Source: an uncultured Erysipelotrichaceae bacterium (GTDB lineage Bacteria > Bacillota_I > Bacilli_A > RF39 > UBA660). Taken from it: a stretch of DNA of 64,000 nt. The notes below the pieces were generated by a model, which made no database searches, had not been told where the DNA came from, and worked only from the letters and a program-made list of their open reading frames with translations. The position numbers and the translations under genes were made by a program. Where the stretch lies: assembly GCA_948442015.1 (NCBI GenBank), contig CAOJRP010000002.1, positions 9,841-73,840 of the forward strand. Reading direction: 5' to 3'. Positions 29,434-40,224 of this stretch are shown piece after piece (the first letter of the stretch is position 1; every line of letters begins with the position of its first letter).

Positions 29434-30333
29434 ATGGAAGAAGAAAAAGAAACTCTAAAGGAATTAACAGAACAAATTAATAAAAATGAAATAGATAGGA
29501 AACTAAAAGAACAAGAAGATGCAAGGATTAAAGCAATTAATGAGGCGAATAAAAAAGAAATAGAAAAGAAAGATAATCAAGGACAGAATAAATATTTAAT
29601 AATACTTGTTATAATTATTTTACTTGCTTTAGCTATTGTGGGTGGACTTTATTTACATTTTAATAAAAAAGAAGAAGCTCCATCAACTGACTCGCCTTTA
29701 GAAGAAAGAATTGTTTATGTTTTAAATAAAAGATATGGGGATGAATTTAAATTCATAGAAAATGGCGTTTATGAAGATAGTAAAGGAACAAAATTTGCAG
29801 TTACGACCAACGAGAAAACGACAAGTAAGTTAATTGTTTATGATGAATATTTAGATATTTTACAAATAGATAAAATTAGTTCCAAAATTTCTAATATTTT
29901 GACAACAAATGGCTTAAATAATGTTGCTGTTACTTTATCAGGAGAAAAAGATTGTCGTTTTGTTGGTGTTTGTGCATCTGACCAATATTACTATGATACA
30001 TATAAAGATAATACAGATGAGACTTTACTTGAAAAAAGAAGTAATGAATTAGATCTATCAAAATATGTTTCGATGAGTAATAATACTTTTTTCAATGAAT
30101 ATGGATTAAAGATTAACATTACTATTAAAGGAGAATATGAAACTAGTGATATTTCTACTATCAAAAATGTTATTAGTGAGTTATTTAGAGAACTTAATGA
30201 AAGTGGTTATCAAAATAACTTGGGTTATGATATAGTTGTAAAAGCGAAAAATAATATTGAAGATATTTTAGTATTAGAAGGAGATAAAACTAGTGATAAA
30301 ACCTTTGATTTGTACTTAGCAAAAGAAAGTTAA
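29434..30333 (+). CDS. single-pass membrane protein, function unknown
   Basis: Charged coiled-coil N-terminus, TM segment YLIILVIIILLALAIVGGLYL, and an extracytoplasmic domain. Confidence 0.6.
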   Translation: MEEEKETLKELTEQINKNEIDRKLKEQEDARIKAINEANKKEIEKKDNQGQNKYLIILVIIILLALAIVGGLYLHFNKKEEAPSTDSPLEERIVYVLNKRYGDEFKFIENGVYEDSKGTKFAVTTNEKTTSKLIVYDEYLDILQIDKISSKISNILTTNGLNNVAVTLSGEKDCRFVGVCASDQYYYDTYKDNTDETLLEKRSNELDLSKYVSMSNNTFFNEYGLKINITIKGEYETSDISTIKNVISELFRELNESGYQNNLGYDIVVKAKNNIEDILVLEGDKTSDKTFDLYLAKES

Positions 30334-30387
30334 ACTTTACCTATTTATGTTTCTTTGTTATAATAATCGCAGTTAGGAGAGTTACAT

Positions 30388-30816
30388 ATGGTATATAATG
30401 ATACGTATAAATTTGTAGCAGTAGTTAATAAAAATTTAGAAATTGGCAAAGCTTTAAATGCCATAGCACATTCTTGCGCTGGATTAGTTGGAATAGCTCC
30501 TTCCGAATTAAAAGAGAAAATGAGTTTTATTGATTTTATTGATAAAGATAATTCTATACATAAAAGTATATCAGGACTATCTTTAATCGTTTTAAGAGGA
30601 AAAAATAGTGAAATAAAGAAATTAAGACAACAACTTATTGAAAATGATATTCTCTTTACTGATTTTGTTGAAACAATGACAGGGGATACTTATAAAGAAC
30701 AATTAGAAAAAACAAGTGAAACATCCAATGAAGAGATGAATTATTTTTGTCTTACTGCTTTTGGAAAAAAAGAATTGCTAGATCCTTTAACGAGAAAATT
30801 TTCTTTGTGGCATTAA
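30388..30816 (+). CDS. DUF2000-like protein
   Basis: KFVAVVNKNLEIGKALNAIAHSCAGLV start resembles the DUF2000 family as I recall it; 142 aa. Confidence 0.45.
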   Translation: MVYNDTYKFVAVVNKNLEIGKALNAIAHSCAGLVGIAPSELKEKMSFIDFIDKDNSIHKSISGLSLIVLRGKNSEIKKLRQQLIENDILFTDFVETMTGDTYKEQLEKTSETSNEEMNYFCLTAFGKKELLDPLTRKFSLWH

Positions 30817-30909
30817 AAGCAATTTCAAACTAATTCTTTTTTTATGTAAAAATATTTAAAATAATTTTTTTCAAGTTGTATGCTATACTTAAAATGGGAG
30901 TGAAAACAA

Positions 30910-33090
30910 ATGTATGCAGAAGTTTTAATAGAATATAATTCCAAAACAATTGATAAATCTTTTACTTATTTAATACCTGATAATTTAGATGGTGTTTTAA
31001 AGGTCGGAATGAAAGTAGTAGTTCCTTTTGGTAATAAACTAATAAATGGCTTTGTCACTAATATTGTTAGTGATTTTGAAGGGGACTATGAAGTAAAAAA
31101 TATAATTGAGATAAAAGATCAAGAACTCATCTTAAATAAAGAGTTATTTGCTGTAGCAGAATATTTAAAAGAAGAAACTTTATGTACAAAAATTCAGGCT
31201 ATTCAATCAATGCTTCCATCAGCTCTAAAAGTTAAAAATCAAAAAAATAATTATGAGAAACTAATAACTTACATTGAATTAAATGTTAATGAGAAAGAGA
31301 TAAACAATTATATTAGTAATAATGGAAGAAGTATTAAACAAATAGAAATATTAAAAAGAGTTTTAGAAGATAAAAGAGTTTTAAAAAAAGAAATTATGAG
31401 TAGTAGTTTAAATACACTACTTGAAAAAGGGGTACTAAAAGAAACGAAAGAACAAGAATATCGTATTCAAAATACGGAAGAACAAGAAAATGACTTGAAG
31501 TTAACTCACGAGCAACAAAGAGTTGTTGATGCAATTGATTTAAATACTAATAATACATATTTAATTCATGGTGTAACAGGAAGTGGTAAAACAGAAGTTT
31601 ATATCAAATTAATTAAGGAAGTTATAAAAACTGGTAAAACAGCTATACTATTAGTTCCTGAAATTACTTTAACTGCGCAAATAGTTGATAGATTTTATAA
31701 AAGATTTGGGAACGATGTCGCTATTTTCCATAGTGCTTTATCTGAAGGGGAAAAATATGATGAATATTTAAAAATATTAAGAAAAGAAATTCATATTGTC
31801 GTAGGAACAAGAAGTGCTATTTTTACACCTTTAGAAAATTTAGGGATTATTATTTTAGATGAAGAACATACCGAAAGTTATAAGCAAGATACTAATCCCA
31901 GGTATCATGCCAGAGATATTGCTAAGTTTCGTACAGAATATAATAATATTCCTTTTATTTTAGGAAGTGCCACCCCAACACTTGAAACAATGGCAAGAGC
32001 TTTAAAAGGAGTTTATAAGTATTTAGAATTGCCAAAAAGAGTTGGAGAGTCAAAACTTCCTAATATAGAAATTGTTGATATGACAGAAGAAATTAAACAA
32101 AGGAATTTTATTTTTAGTTCTTTATTAAAAGAAAAAATTCAAGATCGATTAGAAAAACAAGAACAAACTATTTTACTTCTTAATAGAAGAGGATTTTCAA
32201 CAATAATTACTTGTTCTAATTGTGGTTATACATACAAGTGCCCATATTGTGATATTACTATGACTTATCATAAGAGTTCTAATAATTTAAGATGTCATTA
32301 CTGTGGCTATACAGTTTTAAAAAGTGATAAGTGTCCCAAATGTCATGACGCTACTTTAAATTATTATGGACTAGGAACAGAAAAGTTAGAACTGGAATTA
32401 AAAAATATTTTTCCTCTTGCTAGAATAGTTAGAATGGATACTGATACAACAAGCAGAAAAGGAACACATGCTAAAATCATTAATGATTTCAAAGAACACA
32501 AATATGATATTTTATTAGGTACGCAAATGATTTCCAAAGGTCTTGATTTCCCTTTAGTTACTCTAGTTGGAGTTATTAATGCTGATACTACTTTAAATAT
32601 TCCTGATTTTCGTTCGGGAGAAAAAACTTTCGCTTTGTTATCTCAAACAGCGGGAAGAGCAGGAAGAAGTGATTTAGAAGGAGAAGTAATATTACAAACA
32701 TTTAATAAAGATAATTATATTTTAAATTGTGTTAAAGAAAATGATTATAAGAAATTTTATCAGTATGAAATGCATAATCGTCATAAATTAAATTATCCGC
32801 CTTATTATTATTTATGTAGTATTAAAATATCGAGTAAAGATTATGATTTAGCTAGTGGAGAAGCCAATAAAGTGAAAAAGTATTTGGAGAGTCATTTGAG
32901 TGATCAAACCATTATTTTAGGTCCTGCTACAGCATCTGTCTTTAAAATTAATAATGTTTATAATTTTCAAATAATTATTAAATATAAAAAAGATGATAAG
33001 CTTTATAAATCTTTAAAAGAACTTGATAATATTTTTGCTCTTAATAATAAAGTTAATATAAGTATTGATACTTCGCCGATGAGAATTTAG
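30910..33090 (+). CDS. priA: primosomal replication restart helicase PriA
   Basis: MYAEVLIEY...VVPFGNKLINGFV, Walker A HGVTGSGKTE, DEEH, the Cys-rich zinc module CSNCGY..CPYC..CHYCG..CPKC, and QTAGRAGR. Confidence 0.96.
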   Translation: MYAEVLIEYNSKTIDKSFTYLIPDNLDGVLKVGMKVVVPFGNKLINGFVTNIVSDFEGDYEVKNIIEIKDQELILNKELFAVAEYLKEETLCTKIQAIQSMLPSALKVKNQKNNYEKLITYIELNVNEKEINNYISNNGRSIKQIEILKRVLEDKRVLKKEIMSSSLNTLLEKGVLKETKEQEYRIQNTEEQENDLKLTHEQQRVVDAIDLNTNNTYLIHGVTGSGKTEVYIKLIKEVIKTGKTAILLVPEITLTAQIVDRFYKRFGNDVAIFHSALSEGEKYDEYLKILRKEIHIVVGTRSAIFTPLENLGIIILDEEHTESYKQDTNPRYHARDIAKFRTEYNNIPFILGSATPTLETMARALKGVYKYLELPKRVGESKLPNIEIVDMTEEIKQRNFIFSSLLKEKIQDRLEKQEQTILLLNRRGFSTIITCSNCGYTYKCPYCDITMTYHKSSNNLRCHYCGYTVLKSDKCPKCHDATLNYYGLGTEKLELELKNIFPLARIVRMDTDTTSRKGTHAKIINDFKEHKYDILLGTQMISKGLDFPLVTLVGVINADTTLNIPDFRSGEKTFALLSQTAGRAGRSDLEGEVILQTFNKDNYILNCVKENDYKKFYQYEMHNRHKLNYPPYYYLCSIKISSKDYDLASGEANKVKKYLESHLSDQTIILGPATASVFKINNVYNFQIIIKYKKDDKLYKSLKELDNIFALNNKVNISIDTSPMRI

Positions 33091-33179
33091 TTATTTGCAA
33101 TTATTAATAAAACTTTTAACCCTAATATATTTTTTAAATTTATAATCTTTTCTAATAGTTTTAATTACTTTCTTCTTGA

Positions 33180-34196
33180 TTAAGACTTAATTTCCTCATT
33201 TTTAATTTCAATCATAAATTTATCAAAATCAGACTCAAATAATCTATCTTGTTTAATTCTATATTTTTCAAATTCTGATAAAGCAAAACTTTCAGCTACT
33301 TTATGAGTTACTTTACCAGGATTATTTAAAACTTCTCTTTCATTAAATTGTAAAAATACATCTAATCTTTCTTTCCAATCTTCCATGCTCATCGGAATAT
33401 GTCTTTCAGCTTGATCTTCTGCATAATCTAAGTACATTGTAACAATTCTTTCTAAAGATTTAAGTTCTTCTTTTGTTAAATAATTTTTAGCAATTACAAC
33501 ATCAGTTGCCATTATTTTGCCAGATGGAGCATTTTTCCACGTTGTGAGACCCATATACTCTTTTTCATGATTTGCTCTTTTTACTATAACTTCTGCAGCG
33601 GTGCTGCCATGTGTTGCATAGTGCATTTTGTTTTGTACAGTTTTAAAGAACTCTTTAGTTACAGGAGAATTTTTATCATAATCCAAACTAGTAGCATAAA
33701 TATCAGTAATTTTTTGATAGAAATTTCTTTCACTAATTCTAATTTCTCTAATTTCTGCAAGTAACTCATCAAAGTAATTTTTATTCAAAAATGTTCCATT
33801 TTTAAGTCTTTCTTTATCTAGAACATATCCTTTAATAGAGTATTGTTTCAATATACTGATCGCCCATAATCTAAATTGTGTAGCTCTTTTACTATTAATT
33901 TTGAAACCGACTGCAATAATCGCATCTAAATTATAATATTTAGTCTTATAATTTTTTCCATCTTCAGCAGTATGTAAGGATTTCTTACATACTGAATTTC
34001 TATCTAGCTCGTACTCTAAAATATTATTTAAGTGCATTGTAACATTGTTTCTAGTTGTGCCAAAAAGTTCAGCCATTAGCTTTTGGCTTAACCAAACTGA
34101 TTCATTATCTACTATTACTTCAATTGTTTTTTCTTTATTTTGATTGGTAAAAATTAAAAATTCTACTGTTGAATTTCTTATTTGTAAAGTTTGCAT
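33180..34196 (-). CDS. RhuM family (virulence protein RhuM-like) protein
   Basis: VWLSQKLMAELFGTTRNNVTMHLNNI...YYNLDAIIAVGFKINSKRATQFRLWA is the RhuM signature as I recall it. Lone minus-strand gene. Confidence 0.75.
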   Translation of the reverse strand: MQTLQIRNSTVEFLIFTNQNKEKTIEVIVDNESVWLSQKLMAELFGTTRNNVTMHLNNILEYELDRNSVCKKSLHTAEDGKNYKTKYYNLDAIIAVGFKINSKRATQFRLWAISILKQYSIKGYVLDKERLKNGTFLNKNYFDELLAEIREIRISERNFYQKITDIYATSLDYDKNSPVTKEFFKTVQNKMHYATHGSTAAEVIVKRANHEKEYMGLTTWKNAPSGKIMATDVVIAKNYLTKEELKSLERIVTMYLDYAEDQAERHIPMSMEDWKERLDVFLQFNEREVLNNPGKVTHKVAESFALSEFEKYRIKQDRLFESDFDKFMIEIKNEEIKS

Positions 34197-34416
34197 TTTA
34201 TCACCTCTTGAATAAATTTTATATGCTAAAACTTCTATTTAGATTATAACTTAAATCATATATAATAACTATAGTTTTTTTAAAAATATAGTTATGTTTC
34301 GGAAATTTATATATAGAAATGTTAAATAAGTATTGAAAAAACACTTTTTTAGTTTTATATTTCTTAAAATAATAGTAAAATTAATGTATAATAGTACATT
34401 AAAAGAGGTGAGAACT

Positions 34417-35148
34417 ATGTTTTCATATCAAGATATTAAAATCAATTATAAATTTATTAATAATAACTCGAAAGAGAGTTTAGTCTTTTTACATGGTTGG
34501 GGACAAAATATTGAAATGATGGATTTTATAGCAGAACCTTTTTATAAAGAATACAACGTTTTAATAATTGATTTACCAGGGCATGGTAAAAGTGAGGAGC
34601 CAAAAACTGTATGGTCACTTGAAGATTTTGCAATAATGGTCAATAATTTAGTTAAGTCGTTGAGTCTTAAACATATTACTTTAATAGGACACTCTTTTGG
34701 AGGAAAAATATCAATTATTTATGCTGCTAAATATGAAGTAGATAATTTAATTCTTCTTGCTAGTCCTTATAAAGTAGCTATTACAAAACTTTCTTTAAAA
34801 ACTAAAATATTTAAGCGTATTTGTAAAATAAAATGTTTATCAAAGTATACAGAAAAACTTAAAAAGAAAGTTGGTTCGACAGATTACCGTAATGCAACCC
34901 CAATGATGCGAAATATTTTAGTAAAACATATTAATACGGATGTAACTGATTTTTGTAAGAAAATAACAGCTCCCACAATAATTATTTGGGGAACTAATGA
35001 TACGACTATTGGGATTGAAAATGCTTATGAACTCGAAAAACTAATTAAGGATAGTGCAGTTATTCCATTTGTTGGTGGGACACACTTTGCTTATTTAGAA
35101 AATCGTGGAAAAACAATAGCGATAATTGATTCGTTATTAAGGAGGTAA
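34417..35148 (+). CDS. alpha/beta hydrolase
   Basis: LVFLHGWGQN...DLPGHGKS...GHSFGG nucleophile elbow. ATG 34417 sits behind AGAGGTGA; the listed TTG 34333 lies in promoter-like sequence. Confidence 0.8.
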   Translation: MFSYQDIKINYKFINNNSKESLVFLHGWGQNIEMMDFIAEPFYKEYNVLIIDLPGHGKSEEPKTVWSLEDFAIMVNNLVKSLSLKHITLIGHSFGGKISIIYAAKYEVDNLILLASPYKVAITKLSLKTKIFKRICKIKCLSKYTEKLKKKVGSTDYRNATPMMRNILVKHINTDVTDFCKKITAPTIIIWGTNDTTIGIENAYELEKLIKDSAVIPFVGGTHFAYLENRGKTIAIIDSLLRR

Positions 35149-35151
35149 ATT

Positions 35152-36744
35152 ATGAAAACGATTTTTTTAGCATCATTAGTTGTTTATTCTATCTACTTAT
35201 ATTCTAAGTTAACGACTAACTTGCATGCTTTACAACAAAATAGATATAACAGAGGAAATAAATACTTAAAATGGGTTAAAGATAATATTAATAAAAATTA
35301 CTTAAATGTTGAACTATTAATAATTTTGATTCCTTTACTAATATTTATCGATTATAAATATGCTGCGATGTTATTTAATTCTCTCTACTTTATCATAGCT
35401 ATGATTATTATCTTTAAAAATAACAAAAAGGTAACAAAAATACCTTTAAAGTATACAAGTCGAATTATAAGACTTTATGTAACATTTACTATAATTTATG
35501 CTGGACTAATTTCTTTAATAATGATTAATTTTAATAGTGCTTATTTAATAGCCTACTATATAATTCTTGCTCTTTTCTCTTATTTTAATAACTTAATAAT
35601 GGTTTTAGTAAACTTAATTAATGCCCCAATTGAAAAAGTTATTGGTAATTATTATAAAAATATGGCTAAAAAGAAATTAGCTTCTTTAACTAATATGGAT
35701 GTTATCGGCATAACGGGAAGTTATGGAAAAACAAGCAGTAAAAACATTTTATATACTGTGTTAAATTCTAAATATAATGCTTTTATGACTCCAAAAAATT
35801 ACAATACACCATTTGGTCTTACTTTAACTATCAATAATGAATTAGACAAATTTAATGATTATTTTATAGCCGAGATGGGAGCTTGCAAAAAGGGTGAAAT
35901 TAAAGAATTATGTCATCTTGTTAAGCCAAAATATGGAATTATCACGAAAATTGGTTTAGCCCACTTAGAAACTTTTAAAAGTGAAGAAAATATTATTAAA
36001 ACCAAGTTTGAACTTATTGAATCATTACCACATGATGGTGTTGGGATATTAAATATGGATGATCCTAAACAAGTTAATTATCAAATAAAAAATGCTTGTA
36101 AGATTATTTGGGTCGGGATTAATAATAAGAAAGCTGATGTCTATGCAACAAATATCAAATTAGAAAATAATAAAACTACTTTTGATTGTATCTTTAAAGG
36201 GGATAAAAAGAAATATCAGTTTACAACTAATTTATTGGGGCAAGCAAATATATATAATATCTTAGCGAGCATCGCCTTAGGTTCTTACTTAGGAATATCG
36301 AAAAAAGAACTTCAAAATGCGGTTAAGCAAGTAAAACCAGTGGAACATCGTTTAGAGTTAAAAAAATATTATGATATGTATTTAATCGATGATGCTTATA
36401 ATGCTAATATTGATGGAGCTAAAATGGCCCTAGATGTTTTAAAATTAACAAAAGGTAAAAAAATCGTGATATCTTCTGGTATAATAGAATTAGGTTCTAA
36501 AAGTTATGAAGTTAACAAAGAGCTAGGATACTATATGAAAGATACATGTGATGAAGCCATCTTAATTGGGCGTGAACAAACTAAACCAATCTATGATGGA
36601 TTAATCGAAAAGAAATTTAATAAGAAAAATATTCATATACTTAATAATATAATGGATGCATTTCCATTATTGAATGAATTAAAGGATAAAGACACTTATG
36701 TATTGTTGCAAAGTGATTTACCAGATATATTTAATGAGAAATGA
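35152..36744 (+). CDS. murF: MurF-type Mur ligase with a polytopic N-terminal membrane region
   Basis: GITGSYGKTSSK P-loop, EMGA, EHRLE and DDAYNANIDGAKMALDVL, with adjacency to ddl. The first ~165 aa are 4-5 hydrophobic segments. Confidence 0.8.
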   Translation: MKTIFLASLVVYSIYLYSKLTTNLHALQQNRYNRGNKYLKWVKDNINKNYLNVELLIILIPLLIFIDYKYAAMLFNSLYFIIAMIIIFKNNKKVTKIPLKYTSRIIRLYVTFTIIYAGLISLIMINFNSAYLIAYYIILALFSYFNNLIMVLVNLINAPIEKVIGNYYKNMAKKKLASLTNMDVIGITGSYGKTSSKNILYTVLNSKYNAFMTPKNYNTPFGLTLTINNELDKFNDYFIAEMGACKKGEIKELCHLVKPKYGIITKIGLAHLETFKSEENIIKTKFELIESLPHDGVGILNMDDPKQVNYQIKNACKIIWVGINNKKADVYATNIKLENNKTTFDCIFKGDKKKYQFTTNLLGQANIYNILASIALGSYLGISKKELQNAVKQVKPVEHRLELKKYYDMYLIDDAYNANIDGAKMALDVLKLTKGKKIVISSGIIELGSKSYEVNKELGYYMKDTCDEAILIGREQTKPIYDGLIEKKFNKKNIHILNNIMDAFPLLNELKDKDTYVLLQSDLPDIFNEK

Positions 36745-36757
36745 GGAGTGATTTTAA

Positions 36758-37948
36758 ATGAAAATTAAAGTTGGTGTTATATTTGGAGGTAATTCTGTTG
36801 AACACGAGGTAAGTATTATTACTGCTGTGCAAGCTATGGAATTTATGGACAAAGAGAAATATGAGGTTATCCCAATATATATTTCAAAAGATAGAAAGTG
36901 GTATACTGGAGTTAATCTTTTTAAGATGGAAACATACAAGAATTTAAATAATATAGATGAAAAAACTTTATTAGTAAGTTTAGTTAAAAAAGATGATAAC
37001 TTTGCTTTAGTCAAACTTAATGGACTTTTTAAAAGTGTAGTTGAGACGATTGACATTGCTTTTCCAATAGTTCATGGAAAAGGAGTTGAAGATGGTACTT
37101 TAGTCGGATACTTAGAAACATTAGGCATTCCATATGTTGGATGTGACGTCCTTGCATCTTCCCTAGGACAAGATAAAGTAGTTCAAAAACAAGTATTAAA
37201 AAGTGAGAATATTCCTGTGGCAGACTTTATTTGGTTTTATGAAAATGAATACTTAAGTGACAGTGACAAGATTTTAGCTGATATTAAGAAATTAGGATAT
37301 CCAGTTATTGTTAAACCTGCTCGTCTTGGTAGTAGTATCGGTATTACTTTTGTAAATAGTGAAAAAAATATTGAAAATGCCATTAACGAAGCTATTAGCT
37401 ATGACGAAAAAATTGTCGTTGAAAAAGTTATTCCTAATTTATTAGAAGTTGATTGTGCGGTAATAGGAAATCATGATAATGCTGAAACTAGTTTAATTGG
37501 TGAAATGTTAACAGATAATGAATTTTTAACTTTTGAAGATAAATATTTATCTGGTGGCGGTAAAAAAGGTGGTGCTAAGTCTACTATTAGTAGTGGTTTT
37601 AGAATACCTGCTAAATTAGATAAAGAAGTGGAAGAAAGAATTTATGATTTATCTTTAAAGGCATTTAGAGCTCTTAACTTAAAAGGTGTAACAAGATTTG
37701 ACTTTTTAGTCAATAAAAAAACGAAAGAAGTTTATGTCAATGAACCAAATACTATTCCAGGTTCGCTTGCTTTCTTCTTCTTTACGAAAAAAGGTCTTGA
37801 TTATAAAGATTTACTAGATAGATTAATTACTTTAGGAATCAAAGATTATAAAAATAATAGTCATAAAATAACTTCTTTTGAATCAAATGTTTTAGAAACA
37901 TATAATGGTTCAAAAGGAGCGAAAGGAAAAATGGGAAATAAAGAATAA
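36758..37948 (+). CDS. ddl: D-alanine--D-alanine ligase
   Basis: IKVGVIFGGNSVEHEVSI, HGKGVEDGTLVGYLE, and ATP-grasp motifs PVIVKPARLGSSIGI and NEPNTIPGS. Confidence 0.93.
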   Translation: MKIKVGVIFGGNSVEHEVSIITAVQAMEFMDKEKYEVIPIYISKDRKWYTGVNLFKMETYKNLNNIDEKTLLVSLVKKDDNFALVKLNGLFKSVVETIDIAFPIVHGKGVEDGTLVGYLETLGIPYVGCDVLASSLGQDKVVQKQVLKSENIPVADFIWFYENEYLSDSDKILADIKKLGYPVIVKPARLGSSIGITFVNSEKNIENAINEAISYDEKIVVEKVIPNLLEVDCAVIGNHDNAETSLIGEMLTDNEFLTFEDKYLSGGGKKGGAKSTISSGFRIPAKLDKEVEERIYDLSLKAFRALNLKGVTRFDFLVNKKTKEVYVNEPNTIPGSLAFFFFTKKGLDYKDLLDRLITLGIKDYKNNSHKITSFESNVLETYNGSKGAKGKMGNKE

Positions 37949-37995
37949 CTCGACAACTTCGAGTTTTTTGATATAATAAAATAGGTGATATACAA

Positions 37996-38937
37996 ATGAA
38001 GATGAAAGATTTAAAAGTTGTTTTTATGGGAACGCCAGATTTTGCTGTCCCTATTTTAGAAACATTAATTGAAAATACAAATGTCGTAATGGTTGTAAGT
38101 CAGCCAGATGCTTATGTGGGAAGAAAAAAAGAATTAACGGAAACTCCTGTAAAAAGAATAGCTAATAAACATAATATCGAAGTCTTTCAACCGAAAAAGT
38201 TAAGAGAAGATATTGCTCCAATTATAGAAAAAAAGCCAGATATCATTATTACTTGTGCTTATGGGCAAATACTTCCAGAAGAACTTCTTATTAGACCACT
38301 TTATGGGTGTATCAATGTTCATGCCTCTCTTCTTCCAGAATATCGAGGTGGTGCTCCCATTCATCATGCTATAATTAATGGTGAAAATAAAACTGGTGTT
38401 ACAATCATGTATATGGATAAGAATATGGATACAGGTAATATCATTAATAGTGAAGAATGTCTTATTGAAGATGATGATAACGTTTTAACGCTTCATGAAA
38501 AATTAAGTCAAATAGGTGCTAAATTATTACTTAGAACTTTACCAAAAATAATTGATGGCACAAATTTTGATATCCCTCAAGATAATGAGATGGCAACATA
38601 TGCTTATAATATTACGAGGAGTGATGAAAGACTAGATTTCAATAAAACAAGTAGAGAAGTTTTTAATAAAGTGCGAGGGCTTTATCCTTGGCCTTTAGCT
38701 AATACCATCATTAATGATGTAGAAGTTAAAATATTAAAGTGTCATATTTTAGAAGATAGTCGTAATTTATCACCGGGAACCATTGCTATTTTAAATAAGA
38801 AAGAATTAGGCATTAAAACGAAAGATGGAATTGTTTTAATAGATAGAGTTAAGCCATATGGAAAAAAAGAAATGGATGTTGTTGATTACATTAATGGTTT
38901 AGATAAAGAAAAAGTAATCAATTCAATAGTCAGATGA
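37996..38937 (+). CDS. fmt: methionyl-tRNA formyltransferase
   Basis: VVFMGTPDFAVPIL, INVHASLLPEYRGGAPIHHAI, and the C-terminal beta-barrel domain. Confidence 0.95.
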   Translation: MKMKDLKVVFMGTPDFAVPILETLIENTNVVMVVSQPDAYVGRKKELTETPVKRIANKHNIEVFQPKKLREDIAPIIEKKPDIIITCAYGQILPEELLIRPLYGCINVHASLLPEYRGGAPIHHAIINGENKTGVTIMYMDKNMDTGNIINSEECLIEDDDNVLTLHEKLSQIGAKLLLRTLPKIIDGTNFDIPQDNEMATYAYNITRSDERLDFNKTSREVFNKVRGLYPWPLANTIINDVEVKILKCHILEDSRNLSPGTIAILNKKELGIKTKDGIVLIDRVKPYGKKEMDVVDYINGLDKEKVINSIVR

Positions 38938-39473
38938 AAAATAAGTTATGGATTGTTTATGCTATAATTATTTTAGGGGCTTTAAGTTATATCTTGTTTT
39001 TTATGCCAATTAAGAAAGATGAGAACTTAGAGAAAAGTAATATTAGTGAAAAAAAAGTATATGGAAATCTTGAAGATATGTTTACAATGCTCTTAAAAGA
39101 AAATTATGAATATACTTACAATATCTTAATTGATACGGAAAAATATTTATATGTTGGTAAAAAAGATGGTAATAAAGAAACAGGAACATTTACAAGTAAA
39201 AATGAAAATCAATCATATAATAAGATTAATGATTTTATTAATAAGAATTTTATTACTCCATCATATATTTATAACTTAGTTAAAGATTTAGAATATACTA
39301 AAGATAAATATGATAATATAAGAGTTTTTAATTATAGAACAAAAATAAATAATCTAGAAACTGAAATCGCTATTTATACTGATTATACAAGTATTACAAA
39401 AATTACGATAACAAATATTAAAGAACAGTATATATTAAATTATAAGAATATTGGTTTTACAACTCTAGATTGA
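38934..39473 (+). CDS. single-pass membrane protein, function unknown
   Basis: ATGA overlap with the fmt stop. TM segment LWIVYAIIILGALSYILFF. Confidence 0.55.
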   Translation: MKNKLWIVYAIIILGALSYILFFMPIKKDENLEKSNISEKKVYGNLEDMFTMLLKENYEYTYNILIDTEKYLYVGKKDGNKETGTFTSKNENQSYNKINDFINKNFITPSYIYNLVKDLEYTKDKYDNIRVFNYRTKINNLETEIAIYTDYTSITKITITNIKEQYILNYKNIGFTTLD

Positions 39474-39524
39474 CAAATAGATAGAGAAATGATAGGATAA
39501 GCAATTACAAAGAGGGTGGCATAA

Positions 39525-40184
39525 GTGAAAAGAAATAATTTTATGAAAGTATTTGTTAATATTTTAACAAGTGCAAGAGTTTTAGGAGCTTTAATTATTA
39601 TTCCTATTTATTTTAAATGGGGTGGAATAGTTGCATCTATTACTTCAGGGCTTTTATTTATAACTGATTTTTTAGATGGTCTTTTAGCAAGAAGTTTTCA
39701 TGTTCAGTCTTTCTTTGGGAGTATTATAGATGCTGTTTCTGATAAACTACTGGGAATTTCTATATTAATAGTTCTTGCTCTTCTTAACCCTCTTTATCTT
39801 TTACCAATTTTATTAGAATTAGGCATTTTAATAGTTAATACAGTTAGTTTTAAAATGGGAAATAATACTAAGACTAGTTTTAAAGGAAAAATTAAAACCA
39901 ATATATTAGACATTGTTTTAGTTATTAGTTTATTTGTAATTGCTAATTCTTTTGATAATATGATTTTAAATATTATTTTAGTTCCTTTAATTATCAGTGA
40001 ACTAATTGTTATTGTTGATTACTTTCTAAAAGCTCGAAAGAATACATCTATACATAAAAAGGAACATCTTAATATACTTCGCAAAAAAACAAATAAAGAA
40101 TTATGGCATGATTTATTTGACACTGATTTTTATTTAAAATATCGCAATGATAGTATAACAAAATTATTTTATATAGTTAAATAA
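39525..40184 (+). CDS. CDP-alcohol phosphatidyltransferase family protein (PgsA-like)
   Basis: DFLDGLLAR...GSIIDAVSDK matches D-x2-DG-x2-AR...G-x3-D-x3-D. Polytopic. The start could be ATG 39543. Confidence 0.8.
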   Translation: MKRNNFMKVFVNILTSARVLGALIIIPIYFKWGGIVASITSGLLFITDFLDGLLARSFHVQSFFGSIIDAVSDKLLGISILIVLALLNPLYLLPILLELGILIVNTVSFKMGNNTKTSFKGKIKTNILDIVLVISLFVIANSFDNMILNIILVPLIISELIVIVDYFLKARKNTSIHKKEHLNILRKKTNKELWHDLFDTDFYLKYRNDSITKLFYIVK

Positions 40185-40224
40185 TAAGTAATAATCTTGA
40201 AATCACTAAAGTACAATTTACTAG

